NCBI GenBank assembly: GCA_963756875.1
Contig: CAVWPA010000003.1
Coordinates: 864,001-928,000, forward strand
Direction of reading: 5' to 3'
From: an uncultured Verrucomicrobiae bacterium
GTDB taxonomy: Bacteria; Verrucomicrobiota; Verrucomicrobiia; Chthoniobacterales; UBA10450
DNA length: 64,000 nt
Below the pieces are notes generated by a model. That model was not told where the DNA came from and searched no databases. It was given only the letters and a program-made list of their open reading frames with translations. Made by a program: the position numbers and the translations under genes. Below, in pieces: positions 20,714 through 31,452 of this stretch (position 1 is the stretch's first letter; each line of letters begins with the position of its first letter).

Positions 20714-22063
20714 ATGCCCGAGATTCAAATGCCCAAGCTGAGTGACACGATGACGGAGGGAACGCTGGTCTCGTGGAAAAAGAAAAAGGGGGACAAGGTC
20801 TCTGCCGGGGACGTGATCGCGGAGATCGAGACCGACAAGGCGACCATGGAATGGGAGTCGCCCGAGGACGGAACCCTGAGCGAGATTTACGTCCAGGAAG
20901 GCGGCAAGGTTAACGTCGGCGATCGAATCGCATTTATCGGAGGCGAAGGCGAAGAAGTGCCAGCCGAGAAAAAGAAAGAGAAAAAGCCGACAGAAACCAA
21001 ATCGAAAGAAGAACAGGCGAAACAGGGCGAAGAAAAAGCGAAGCCCGGGCAAAAGGAAGAGAAGACAAAGCCTGAGAAAAAAGGGGAAAAGAAACCGGCG
21101 CCTAAAAAGGGGAAAAGATCCGAGGAGCAAACTGTAGAGGCAGGCGTGTCGCCTGCGCAGACACAACCGCCGCCACAGACCGAAGAAGCTCGCGTGAAAG
21201 CTTCGCCAGTCGCGAGACGAGTCGCGGCCGAGCTTGGCGTCGATCTTTCCAGCGTCAACGGGACCGGTCCCGAGGGTCGCGTGACTGAAACCGATGTGCG
21301 TGCCGCGGCCAAGTCCGCCGGCGCTGCACCGGGTGTGCAACCAAAGCTTGCACCGTCGATCAAGCCCGGTGAAGGCGCGCGCATCGCTCTTTCCGGAATG
21401 CGGAAAGTCATTGCGCAGCGCCTGGTCGAAAGCCTCGGTCCCATCCCGCATTTTTATCTCAACATCGACGTCGATGCTGGACCGCTGATGGCGGCGCGCG
21501 AGGAACTGAAATCTGCCGGCGAAGGTGCAGACGCCGCAAAGATCACGGTCAACGACTTCGTTTTGAAAGCAGCCGTGCAGGCTGCGGTCAAAGTTCCACG
21601 CGTGAATGCCTCATTCGATGGCGACGCAATCGTCCAGTACGCCGACGTCGATCTTGGTATCGCGGTCGCAATTGAAGAGGGCTTGTTGACTCCCGTCATT
21701 CGCGCCGCGCAGAACAAATCGCTCCGCGAAATCAGCGAGTTGGTCAAGGATCTCGCCCATCGCGCGCGCAACAGGCGAATGAAGCCTGAGGAATTTCAAG
21801 GAGGCACGTTCACCGTATCGAATCTGGGCGGGCTGGGCATCGATAGCTTCTCCGCTGTCATCAATCCGCCGCAGGGCTTCATCCTCGCAATCGGCAAGGT
21901 CGCCAAAATCCCGGTAGTGGATGATTCGGATCGGGTCGTCGTCGGCCATCGGATGTCGATCACAATGAGCTGCGACCATCGTGTGATCGACGGCGCTCTC
22001 GGCGCGGAATATCTGAAGGAACTGCGCCACCTGCTGGAAAATCCAGCGTTGCTGCTGGTTTGA
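20714..22063 (+). CDS. pdhC: Dihydrolipoamide acetyltransferase E2
   Basis: Lipoyl domain ETDKAT, E3-binding ASPVARR...GTGPEGR, catalytic DHRVIDG. Confidence 0.95.
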   Translation: MPEIQMPKLSDTMTEGTLVSWKKKKGDKVSAGDVIAEIETDKATMEWESPEDGTLSEIYVQEGGKVNVGDRIAFIGGEGEEVPAEKKKEKKPTETKSKEEQAKQGEEKAKPGQKEEKTKPEKKGEKKPAPKKGKRSEEQTVEAGVSPAQTQPPPQTEEARVKASPVARRVAAELGVDLSSVNGTGPEGRVTETDVRAAAKSAGAAPGVQPKLAPSIKPGEGARIALSGMRKVIAQRLVESLGPIPHFYLNIDVDAGPLMAAREELKSAGEGADAAKITVNDFVLKAAVQAAVKVPRVNASFDGDAIVQYADVDLGIAVAIEEGLLTPVIRAAQNKSLREISELVKDLAHRARNRRMKPEEFQGGTFTVSNLGGLGIDSFSAVINPPQGFILAIGKVAKIPVVDDSDRVVVGHRMSITMSCDHRVIDGALGAEYLKELRHLLENPALLLV

Positions 22064-22079
22064 GACGGCGATTGCGGGC

Positions 22080-22556
22080 TCAGGGCGCCGCGGTTTCCCA
22101 CGTCATGAAATCGTCCAGATCGTCTCTGCTGGTTCGGACCGCGAAGGAAATGACCGTCGCATCGTCGATGAATCCGAGAAACGGCACCTCATCCGGAATC
22201 AGGTCGAACGGATCGACCAGATAATTGAGCGCGGTAACGATCGACAAGAGCGCGTCGTTCGAAACGGCGCGGTATTCGCCGCGCGAGTAAGCCCGGGCCA
22301 GCCGCAACATCGTCTGCAAGTAAGGCCAGCTCTCCCTTAACGGCTCTTTTGGAATCGAGGCCAGCTTCTCCGACGCCTCCTCAACCAGCGCGCGCAACTG
22401 CGCCTTATCTCCGGTGCACGATTTTGCATTCAGCAACGCTCTGGCAAATGCGCTGCTTCGAAGCGCAGCTTTCTGATGTGGGGTGTGCCTCTCTGTTTTA
22501 CGGGCGCCATTACCTACGCGTCGTCTGCGGGCCGGCTTGGTCTTAACTTTTTTCAC
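22080..22556 (-). CDS. YkvA / DUF1232 family protein
   Basis: YLVDPFDLIPDEVPFLGFIDD motif. Confidence 0.85.
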   Translation of the reverse strand: MKKVKTKPARRRRVGNGARKTERHTPHQKAALRSSAFARALLNAKSCTGDKAQLRALVEEASEKLASIPKEPLRESWPYLQTMLRLARAYSRGEYRAVSNDALLSIVTALNYLVDPFDLIPDEVPFLGFIDDATVISFAVRTSRDDLDDFMTWETAAP

Positions 22557-22608
22557 GGAGCGCCATCAAAGCAGTTGGGAGAGAGTTTGAGAAGCGCATT
22601 CGACGTTT

Positions 22609-22670
22609 GTGGCATCGCCTCCCAGGCGATAGGTCCGGGTCCGGGGACCATCGGCAAGATGCCGCTGCCA
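22609..22670. repeat. REP-like inverted doublet
   Basis: GTGGCATCGCCTCCCAGGCGAT ... ATCGGCAAGATGCCGCTGCCA, imperfect inverted arms. Confidence 0.6.
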
Positions 22671-22671
22671 T

Positions 22672-23688
22672 TTACGGCTTGGTTGCGAGGATGAGCGGTG
22701 AATGGGTGGGGTTTTCGACCGGGCGGGCATCTTTGAACCCGGCTTCGTCGAGCCAGCTCTTGATTTCGTTGAAACTGAACGTGTCGCCCTTTTCCGTGTT
22801 TACCAGCATGTTCACCGCAAACATGAGCCCGGGAAGCGGCTCCGTGCGGTCCTCATTGACCAGCCATTCCGCGATGGCAATTGTGCCGCCGGATTTAAGC
22901 GCGGAAAAAGTTTTCTTCAACAGCTTGCGGCTGCGTTCTTGGCCTTCGCTGTGCAAGATATGGCCGAGCGTCGCGATGTCGTAGCCGGTGCCAAAGTCCG
23001 CTTCGAGTATGTCACCCGCTACAAATTTGAAACGGTCCGCGACGCCAAATTTCTGCGTGATTCGTTTCGTGGTCGGAATCATTCCGCCCCAATCGACCGC
23101 CGTCACATGGACTTGCGGCGATTTTTGCGCCAGCACGATGCCCCAGACGCCGGAGCCGGCAGCGATGTCGAGCACTTGCACCGGCTGTTTTGCTTTAGCG
23201 AGTTCCAGGTGGTCTCCCAACGCCTGCGCGCTGGGGAAGCTCATCGGCATGATATTCTCAACCAAACCGGAGAAGAAATTCGTGCCTTCGTCTTCCTTGT
23301 TGGCGGCCATGGCCGGTTGCCCTGTGCGCACGACCTCATCGAGTTGCGCCCACTTTGGCACCAACTGCATGATGTTCAGGCCAAAGAACCCGGCGAGACT
23401 GCCCGGCTTGTTGCTGACGAGAAAGGCTTTGCTCTCCGGCGTCAGCGAATACGCATCTCGATTTTTTTTCAGTAACTCGAGGCCAACGAGCACGTCCATT
23501 ATCATTCGCAAGCCGCGTTCGGAGGACCCCGTTTCCTTGCTGATCTGTCCGGCGGTTTTCGGTCCGTGCTCAAGGGAATCAAATACTTTGTTGTTAACCG
23601 CCGCTCCGATCACAAGGGGCGGCGCGTAGGCGAAGCCAAATCCCAGCAAGCGTTCCGGAGTTACCTGGTCATTTTCGGATGGTTGCAT
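22672..23688 (-). CDS. SAM-dependent O-methyltransferase (dimerisation plus Methyltransf_2 domains)
   Basis: N-terminal wHTH, VLDIAAGSG, AGD, HILH, GG...IAE. Confidence 0.88.
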   Translation of the reverse strand: MQPSENDQVTPERLLGFGFAYAPPLVIGAAVNNKVFDSLEHGPKTAGQISKETGSSERGLRMIMDVLVGLELLKKNRDAYSLTPESKAFLVSNKPGSLAGFFGLNIMQLVPKWAQLDEVVRTGQPAMAANKEDEGTNFFSGLVENIMPMSFPSAQALGDHLELAKAKQPVQVLDIAAGSGVWGIVLAQKSPQVHVTAVDWGGMIPTTKRITQKFGVADRFKFVAGDILEADFGTGYDIATLGHILHSEGQERSRKLLKKTFSALKSGGTIAIAEWLVNEDRTEPLPGLMFAVNMLVNTEKGDTFSFNEIKSWLDEAGFKDARPVENPTHSPLILATKP

Positions 23689-23711
23689 ATTCGTTAGGCG
23701 GATAAAACAAG

Positions 23712-24302
23712 CTACTTCCCGATTTTGATGCCTCGCATCAGCGCGATATTGCTCAGGTCCCGCGCCTGCGTGATGATCGAGGCTTCGTCGCCTTTGAGGT
23801 ACTGAGGGTCGAAGGCCTTCGGCTTGTGGCCGAACGACGCCGGATCGGCGGTTTTATTGACGATCGCGACCGCCTTGTGGAGGTACTCGCGTGTCGCCTT
23901 GTATCTCTCCCTGGCGGCGACATCCAAAGTCTTGGAAAACGCCCGTTCGTCGGCCGTCAGAACGCCCGTTGCAGCGGGCCGACCGGAAGACGTCGGCGTT
24001 GAAACCGAGATCCCGCTCAGCAACGCGTCGTTGCTCAAATTTCGCGCCTTCGCGATGATCGAGGCCTCGTCGCCGCCAAGGTACTTGGCATCGAAGTCTT
24101 TCGGCTTGCGACCCAGCGATATCGGATCGGCGGTTTTATTAACGATCGCTGCCGCCCGGTGGAAGTACTCACGCGTGGTCGTGTATCTCGCCCGAGCCGT
24201 GGCATTCAATCCTTTGGAAAAGGCCTGCTCGGCAGGCGTTAAGTCCGCCTGGGCGATGGTCGCCGCGCCGACGAGAAGAAACGAAAGGATCAGAGTTTTC
24301 AT
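23712..24302 (-). CDS. Exported protein made of two tandem ~78-aa repeats
   Basis: Signal peptide ending AQA, then two copies of LT..E.AFSK.L...AR.RY..TREY.H.A.AIVNKTADP.S.G.KPK.FD..YL.GDEASII..AR.LSN.AL. Confidence 0.85.
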   Translation of the reverse strand: MKTLILSFLLVGAATIAQADLTPAEQAFSKGLNATARARYTTTREYFHRAAAIVNKTADPISLGRKPKDFDAKYLGGDEASIIAKARNLSNDALLSGISVSTPTSSGRPAATGVLTADERAFSKTLDVAARERYKATREYLHKAVAIVNKTADPASFGHKPKAFDPQYLKGDEASIITQARDLSNIALMRGIKIGK

Positions 24303-24492
24303 TCAGAAGATCTCCTGCGAGGAAGGGATTTCTAGCGCGCATTTCGCTTGAAGCCGCCCCACCGAATCAGAGTAACTCCCTTACTCGTCAATGCAATAGA
24401 CGCGCTTGGCCGCGGGGGATGACGTGGTCGCTTCCAAATCCGGCTGCGTCTCTTGCGTTGATCGCGCCATTCGGCGAGCGTCGGCTTAGATC

Positions 24493-24897
24493 GTGACAGA
24501 GAATCCGGAGAAGCCATTGCGGACCGTTTCGTTTGTGGTCCACGCAACGCGCGGCGTCATTCGCGATGCGAACACAAGGCGCAAAGCCATGCTTGGTTTG
24601 GTCGTCGCCGCTCTGGTTCTTCTGCTCGCCGGCTCGACCATTTTGCATCAGGCACTTAATCCGCGCGAGCACCCCGGCCGGTTCATCTTCTTCTGGGTGC
24701 TTTGTGGCTGGCTCGCGTTGACCGCGATGCTGCTCGCCGTTTTCGATTTTCTGATGGTGAGGCTCGAGGCGCGGAAAGCGGAAAGGATGTTGCGCGAAAA
24801 ACTTGCGCAAACACAAGTTCCGGACCCACCCGGTTCGACACGCTTGAAGCAATCGGGGACCGCGAAGTCTTTCGAAGTCGATCAAGAACCGAAGTGA
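24493..24897 (+). CDS. Small two-TM membrane protein
   Basis: Two hydrophobic helices, co-oriented with the downstream genes. Confidence 0.65.
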   Translation: MTENPEKPLRTVSFVVHATRGVIRDANTRRKAMLGLVVAALVLLLAGSTILHQALNPREHPGRFIFFWVLCGWLALTAMLLAVFDFLMVRLEARKAERMLREKLAQTQVPDPPGSTRLKQSGTAKSFEVDQEPK

Positions 24898-24949
24898 TCG
24901 GGCACGCAACGCTTGCGCTGTTTGCGGCGGTCGCCGATTATCGCACGCT

Positions 24950-25651
24950 TTGAAATTCTCGAACAAAATTGGCAAAGTCGCGCGCGGCGAGGCATATCGG
25001 CGTGCGTGGCGAAGGATGCAACGCAAACTCCATCCTATTCCTTTGCGGCCGCTGCTGGCGAAGATCGACCACGATCATCTTCGAGAGATCCAGGCGCGGT
25101 ATCCTTTCTCACCATTAAAGGCTTCGAAGTACACGGACGTCGAACACTGGTTGAGGCTTAACATCGAACGCGTCCAGGATTTAAAGCTTAATCAGATGCC
25201 ACCTCAGCAAATTCTCGATCTTGGCTGCGGCGGCGGTTTTTTTCTTTTCATCTGCCGCGAGCTCGGTCACCGCTGTTTGGGACTGGACCAGGAAGGGTTC
25301 CCGGTTTTCCGCGAACTTGTCGATCTTCTCCGGATAGAAAGAGAAATCTGGCAGATCAAAGCATTCGAACCGGTCCCTGATTTTGGCCGCAAGTTCGACT
25401 GGATCACCGGGTTTTCGACCGGCTTCAATCGGAACGCCGACCGATCGCTGTGGGGCCCGCGCGAATGGTCCTTTTTTCTTCAGGACCTCACCAAACATTT
25501 GCGGCCCGGCGGCAAGATGTTTTTCGGACTCAATCCGGCACAGGACGGATGGTATTACACTGAGGAATTGCGGGATTTCTTTGTTGGCTGCGGCGCGATT
25601 GTGGAGCGGGAACGCGTCTTTTTTCCACAGGGCGTCGCCGCATCAGGCTGA
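24950..25651 (+). CDS. Class I SAM-dependent methyltransferase
   Basis: ILDLGCGGG, GLD, KFDWI, LRPGG. Confidence 0.85.
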   Translation: MKFSNKIGKVARGEAYRRAWRRMQRKLHPIPLRPLLAKIDHDHLREIQARYPFSPLKASKYTDVEHWLRLNIERVQDLKLNQMPPQQILDLGCGGGFFLFICRELGHRCLGLDQEGFPVFRELVDLLRIEREIWQIKAFEPVPDFGRKFDWITGFSTGFNRNADRSLWGPREWSFFLQDLTKHLRPGGKMFFGLNPAQDGWYYTEELRDFFVGCGAIVERERVFFPQGVAASG

Positions 25652-25728
25652 TGTGATCATGCCGTAACGCCACGGCGCTTCAAATCCGATTGCGCCGGCT
25701 GCGGCTCTCGGCGAGCATCGAGTCAACG

Positions 25729-26928
25729 GTGAACGATACGTCAAAAGAAAGACCTTCAGGATCAGTCAAATCGGTTCCGGCACAGGATGGCGGCTTTAAG
25801 TCGCGCGAGCAGATGGAAGCGACCGAACGCGCCACCCTTGCACCATTTGCGCAAAAATCCGGCGATTCGCGCGGCCGAAAATACCCCGAGCCGAGCCATG
25901 CTTATCGCACGGAATTTCAACGCGATCGGGCGCGCATTATTCACTCGCGCGCATTTCGCCGGCTCGAGTATAAGACGCAGGTTTTCCTCAACGGGACGGG
26001 CGACCATTTACGCACCCGCCTGACCCATTCGATCGAAGTCGCGTCGATCAGCCGCACGATCGCGCGCGCGTTATCGTTGAACGAGGATTTGGCGGAGGCA
26101 ATCGCGCTGGCGCACGATCTTGGCCACAGCCCTTTTGGACATTCGGGGGAAGAAATGCTGGCCGAATGCATGCAGGAGCACGGCGGATTCGAGCACAACC
26201 GGCAAAGTCTGCGCGTGGTCGAGTTGCTGGAAAATGCGTATCCGGATTTCCCCGGATTGAATCTTACTTTCGAAGTGCGCGAGGGCCTGCAAAAGCACCA
26301 GGCCTTTTACGATCCCCCCACAGCGGGCGAGGAGAAATACAAGTGCCCGTCGCTGGAAGCGCAAATCGCAAATCTGGCCGATGAAATTACCTATTACAGT
26401 CACGATCTCGACGACGCCGTCGATTTCGAAGTCCTTGACGCTGCGCAATTGGAGGAGAACGCGGTCTGGCAACGCAGTCACGGCGCGGTGGTGGCCCGCT
26501 ATCCGGACGCGCGCGAACCCGAGCTGCACAAATTGATCATTCGCGACATCATCGACGTGCAGGTGCGCGACGTCGTTACCAACAGCGCGCGGTCGATCCG
26601 GGACGCGAATGTGCGAAGCGCGGACGATGTTCGGAAGCAGCAAATGCCGCTCATTCGGTATAGCGATGAATTGCTGGAAGCGAATCGCGCGTTGCGAAAA
26701 TTTCTTTATGCCAATGTCTACTACCATCCGCGTGTGGCTGAAGTGAACCAGCGAGCGTGTGAGATGCTGCGAAAAGTGTTCGAAAGCTATCTCATCGACC
26801 CGGGCGAACTGGGAGAAACGGCGACAAAACGCATCGAACAGGAAGGATTGGAGCGCACGATCTGCGATTACATCGCCGGAATGACCGATCGTTACTTGAT
26901 GGAAGAGTATGTGCGAATCACCGGTTGA
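25729..26928 (+). CDS. dgt: dGTP triphosphohydrolase (HD superfamily)
   Basis: FQRDRARIIHSRAFRRL..KTQV, RTRLTHS, AHDLGHSPFGH.GE, DYIAGMTD. Start approximate. Confidence 0.93.
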   Translation: MNDTSKERPSGSVKSVPAQDGGFKSREQMEATERATLAPFAQKSGDSRGRKYPEPSHAYRTEFQRDRARIIHSRAFRRLEYKTQVFLNGTGDHLRTRLTHSIEVASISRTIARALSLNEDLAEAIALAHDLGHSPFGHSGEEMLAECMQEHGGFEHNRQSLRVVELLENAYPDFPGLNLTFEVREGLQKHQAFYDPPTAGEEKYKCPSLEAQIANLADEITYYSHDLDDAVDFEVLDAAQLEENAVWQRSHGAVVARYPDAREPELHKLIIRDIIDVQVRDVVTNSARSIRDANVRSADDVRKQQMPLIRYSDELLEANRALRKFLYANVYYHPRVAEVNQRACEMLRKVFESYLIDPGELGETATKRIEQEGLERTICDYIAGMTDRYLMEEYVRITG

Positions 26929-26943
26929 ACAGGCCGGCGCGAC

Positions 26944-29773
26944 TCAACTCGGAGGATGAAAACCAAATTCGGCCTGCAGATTGCCCCAGAGCCAGTCAAC
27001 GAACCAGTCTTTGTGGATTGATTTCGCCTCCGCATTGGCGAGGGCTTCCGCCTTTTTCACGTCTCCGTGCAGGCAATAGAGATACGTGAGCAGGAACAAG
27101 TCGTTCATCCTCGCAAACCCCCGTTCTTTCTCGCGCTCCAGGAGTTGAATTGCGCGGGAATAATCGCGGCTGGCCAGCGCGCCTGCGACCAGGTCCCGCA
27201 GCGCTTCCACCGGCAGCGAGGCTGGTGAGGCGTGGTCTAGTTTTTCAGCCAGCGCAACCCGGAATTCGTCGCTGCTCAAAACCCCCAGGACCGGCGCGCG
27301 CAATTGCGTGCGGCGCAGATAAAAAGCGAGCTCGGCCAGCCAGTTGCTCCCGGACATTTGCGAACGGAATCGCGTCTCTCGGACCAGAAAAAGCATGTCG
27401 AGCGACTTCTTCCATTCGTTAGGCCAGATCTCGTCGATAAGAGGAGAAGAAAGAAAACGGTGTTCGGCCGCGGAGCTTTCGAGGTAGCTGTAGCCGAACT
27501 TGTAAGCTCCACTCATGGGAGGGTGGATGTCGCTTAGACGTTTGGGATAAAAATCGGTCAGCGGTTTGACCCCCTGCGTAATCCGATCGATTTCCGCGCC
27601 GTCCATCACGAACAAACTGGACATCTGCTCAGGCATCTCGACGCCGATTCGAGTTAGGTCCGGTTTTGTTCTCGCGTCGGTCCAGAGCGTATCCGCGAGT
27701 TCCGCGTTCGGCCTCTGCGCCGGCGGTTTGATCCCGACCATGATCCACTCCAGATCGCTGGTTGCCCAGACAGACGCGTTCGGAAAGACATTATGAAAAG
27801 CGCGCAGGATCGATTTGGTTTCGTCCGTGGTCAGCTGGTAGAGCGGCAACCAGAAGCTGGCAACGCCGCCATCTTTCAGCCGGCCTTTCATCAGCGAGAA
27901 AAATTGTTCGGTGTAAAGGTTGACTGTCCCCGCCACCTTCAAGGGGGGTGGTTCGCCTGTGATGATGTCGTATCGCTTCGGGCAGGCCTGCAGAAAAAAA
28001 CGACCGTCCTGCACAAAGGTGCTGACACGCGGGTCGCGAAGTGGATCTTCGTAACCCGGACCGGAGTAAAGTCCGGCGAGATCGAAGACTTCTTTCGAAA
28101 TATCCACAACGTCGAGATGTTTGAGACGCGTGTCGCGGATGAAAGCATCGGCGGTCACACCGACGCCATAGCAAATCAACAGGGCATTATCGCTTTCGGG
28201 ACGGAGAGCCAGTGGCAGATATGCGAACAAACGCATGTAACGCTGGCTGCGCGGATGCGTTCCCGACATCGAGTACCGAGTTCGTGACCAGTCGGTAGTA
28301 ATAGGGCTCGCCAAACAAATCGCGGCGCAGCAGTTGAAACGTGTCCGCCGTTCCTTCGATTTTTTTGATCAACGTGGAACCGTCCGCTTCATAAGGACGA
28401 CGGGCATTCGCGAAATGCACTTCGTCGCGATGGTACGGGAAGAACCACAGGATGAGGATAAAGACGACGCTGAGCGAGACGACGGCGATTCCGGAGCCGC
28501 GGCGCAAAGACCATTCCTGTTTTCCAGTCGTCAAAAAAGCCGCTCCGGCGTAAACCGCTGCGGCAAAAATCAAGCTCGATTGGAATCCGAGTCGGGGAAG
28601 GAGGACGAAACCGGCGAGCAACGGTCCGACCGCCGAGCCAATGGTATTGAACAAAATGGTCAACCCGGCGCTGTTCATCCGACCGGCTATTTCGGATTGA
28701 ACGCACGCTGCAATCGACGGAAGCAAAATTCCCGAGAGAAGAGCAACGGGAAACATCAAGGCCAGCGACAGTTGCCCGATCTTTTGCCACGACTCGATAT
28801 CGAAAGCATTCTCATCTGGTCGAAGGGCCGGCACCGGAAAAAACAAATAGGAAAGAAGCGTGGCGAGCGCTGCGAGCAGCAGGAGGACTGGCAGCAACCG
28901 TCGTGGCGGAAGGAAGCGGCGTGGGATCGCGCCGGCAACAATGCCGCCCAGACCAATCCCGGCCAGCACGACCGCGAGCATGATGCAGAACGCGGTGGAA
29001 GTGGATGCGACATACAAGCGCATGAAGCGGAACCAAACGACCTCGAGTCCGAGAAGAATCGCGCCGCCGGCCATGCTGACGAAGAGCAAATTCCATGGCG
29101 GCTGTTTGCCTAACGAAAGCCACAGGGAGAATCGATCTCCTGTTTGATCAGTCACATCCGGTTTCGCGCCGGAACATGTCCACGCAATGGCCGCCGCGAC
29201 GCAACTAATTGCCGCCGCCGCCAGACCGGTGCCGAAGAGTCCGTATATTTGGACCAAATACATTTCCCCTGACAATGCACCGGCGACTGCGCCCAGGGTG
29301 TTCGATCCGTAAAAGAGGCCGATCGTTCGGCTGAACTCGAACCTTTTAAGAAGGGGATCTTCCAACAGGACAGGCAGCGTCAATCCCATTGCGGTTGTGG
29401 GAATCAGCAGGATCAGGAACGAAACAAAGAAGCGGAGGAGATTCAGCAATCCCTGGTGGGTCCAGAGCGCTTGAAAAACAGGGCGCATCCATTCTCCAAC
29501 GTGTGGGAGTCCAAATACGAGCGTGCATCCGAACACCGCTACAACCATTTCCAGCGCAGCGTAGACGCGCAGCGGCCGCCGTCGCCGTAGCGTCCAGGAG
29601 GCGGCGATCGCGCTTCCCAAAGCCAGGCCGGCCATGAAACTGGAGAGAATCAGCGCAGCCGACCAGACCGAATTGCCGAAAGCCAGGCCGCTCAGCCGGA
29701 GCCAAAGAGTTTCAAACAGAAGCGCGCTGCTCCCGGAAAGAAAAAGAACGACTGAGATGATGGCCACGCGCAC
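26944..29773 (-). CDS. Fused MFS-like / spermidine synthase-like membrane protein, apparent +1 frameshift near 28277
   Basis: N-terminal TM repeats (FMAGLALGS, NTLGAVAG, NTIGSAVG). C-terminal DGRFFL, YDIITGEPP, LYTEQF. Removing one C joins VTNS-YSMSG. Confidence 0.85.
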
Positions 29774-29904
29774 GGGCCGAAACGTGCAATACCCGACTTT
29801 GCGCGGCAAGCGTTATGTCCCCGCAAGAATCTATTTCAACTTACTCGTTCCGCCTTGCGCAGCGCGTTGGTGTTCTTTCAAAAAGGATAACCATGGCGCG
29901 ATTG

Positions 29905-29973
29905 CTGTAGTGGCAGCCGTGTCGGCTGCAACCCTTCTGGGATTTCCCGCAGGCGACACGCCTGCCGCTACAG
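29905..29973. repeat. GTAG-type REP doublet
   Basis: CTGTAGTGGCAGCCGTGTCGGCTGC ... GCAGGCGACACGCCTGCCGCTACAG. A related copy lies at 39719-39778. Confidence 0.85.
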
Positions 29974-30012
29974 AAGACGGCAGGATCCGTTCTAATGGCA
30001 TTCGGACGTCTT

Positions 30013-30669
30013 CTATGCGCTCGTGCCGCCGATTTCGTCGTTCAAATATCGAATGAGAAGCCGGAGGCGTTGATTCAGGGAGGGTTCTTCGAGGATGTGC
30101 TGACGGCGCAGTGCATCGTTGACGAAAGTCGAGGTGACCAGGTCGGTCAGCATTTCAACGTCTCCCAGCTGAGAAAGATATCGGTCCACTTTCGGAGGAA
30201 GCTGCCGTCCGCCGCGTTTTAATTTCGCGTAAAGCTCGATCACTTTTTCGGCGAGCGCTTCCGTCTCGACCGTGGTGGTATCACGCGATTCGACGACGTC
30301 GATCCTGGCGATCGGGAAGGGGGCCCGTTGCTCGAAATCGGTGAGGCGCACACGCTGCAATCCCTGCAAAATCAAGTTCGACGTGCCGTCGCCAAGTTCA
30401 ACGCAGGCACGAATGAGGCCGACCGTTGCGAGATGGAAAAAATCCTCCGGTGCATGCCATTCCGGGCAACTTGGTTTGATCAAAGCAACGCAAAACATTC
30501 GATGATGTTGCAACGCGTGCTCGAGCATGTTGCGGTAGCGCGGCTCGAAAATGTAAAGCGGGAGCAACGCATGCGGAAAAAGCACCGCTCCCGGCAGCGG
30601 CATCACCGGCACTTCTTCAGGCAAAACTTCGGCCCCGTTTTTCACGTTTCGATCGCTCTCCCTGTTCAA
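30013..30669 (-). CDS. Stand-alone LON peptidase substrate-binding domain protein
   Basis: PVMPLPGAVLFP...LPLYIFEPRYR.M, G..N.ILQGL.R. No AAA+ or protease domain. Start may be 30645. Confidence 0.88.
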   Translation of the reverse strand: MNRESDRNVKNGAEVLPEEVPVMPLPGAVLFPHALLPLYIFEPRYRNMLEHALQHHRMFCVALIKPSCPEWHAPEDFFHLATVGLIRACVELGDGTSNLILQGLQRVRLTDFEQRAPFPIARIDVVESRDTTTVETEALAEKVIELYAKLKRGGRQLPPKVDRYLSQLGDVEMLTDLVTSTFVNDALRRQHILEEPSLNQRLRLLIRYLNDEIGGTSA

Positions 30670-31399
30670 TTTTCGACGCGCTCAGCGCAGAACGCAATTT
30701 TTCGATTGGCAGTTGCCCCTCGATTTTCGATGGGCCGAGCGAAACATAATTGAGCGCGGAACCGGTTCGCGCGAGCAGCAAGCGTGACGCTGCGCCGAGT
30801 TTGCCGATGCCCATTGCGCTCACTGGCAGTCCGGCGTCCCGGTTCTCAAAGAAATCGATCAGGCGCGCGAGTTGGGCCGGAGTATCGGTGCGCGTGGCGA
30901 GTTTGAAAATGGACGCGCCGGAGTTCTTCGCGCGGCGCGCTTTGGCACGAAGAGTGCGCACAGCAGGTGTGGAATTCAAATCATGGAACGAAATGATCCG
31001 TCGAATGTTTTTCTTTCGGGCGAGATCGAACAGCGGTCGCAAAGCTCGAAGGGAGCGCAACTCGATGTCGATGAATTGGGCGTGGGGCAGAAAGCGGGCA
31101 AGCAATTTGCGTCGGTCTCCGATCGGCAGGTTGTTCGCTCCGCCCTCGCGCGGGTGCCGCGCGGTGATGATGACCGGCGCACGGAGCATATCCAGTTTCC
31201 GTTCTATCTCATTCAGATTGTGGCAAAGGTAATCGAGCCGCAGTTCGACGAGATCCGGCGGCTGGCGCATCCGAATGGCGGCGCGCAAATCCGCCCTCGA
31301 AGCGATGACGGCGACGAGACGGCCACGTCCTTGCATCGCGTGGCTCTCCCGGTGCGCCGGATCGCTGCCGGAACCTTTGACCGAGGGACGCGTTGTCAT
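30617..31399 (-). CDS. aroD: Type I 3-dehydroquinate dehydratase
   Basis: DLVELRLD, T.R...EGG, IDIEL, ISFHD...TP, K.A, MG..G..SRL, GQL. Confidence 0.88.
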   Translation of the reverse strand: MTTRPSVKGSGSDPAHRESHAMQGRGRLVAVIASRADLRAAIRMRQPPDLVELRLDYLCHNLNEIERKLDMLRAPVIITARHPREGGANNLPIGDRRKLLARFLPHAQFIDIELRSLRALRPLFDLARKKNIRRIISFHDLNSTPAVRTLRAKARRAKNSGASIFKLATRTDTPAQLARLIDFFENRDAGLPVSAMGIGKLGAASRLLLARTGSALNYVSLGPSKIEGQLPIEKLRSALSASKIEQGERSKREKRGRSFA

Positions 31400-31452
31400 A
31401 TACTTAACGGCTCTGGAAATTACAGGACAAGGGAGGTTCGTCCTTTTGTAGC

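Noticed and set aside
20965..21125. A/G-rich low-complexity DNA in pdhC
   Set aside because: It encodes the usual flexible Lys/Glu linker between the lipoyl and E3-binding domains.
25729..26928. dGTPase as an anti-phage defence gene
   Set aside because: It looks like the common ~400-aa housekeeping type and has no defence-island context.
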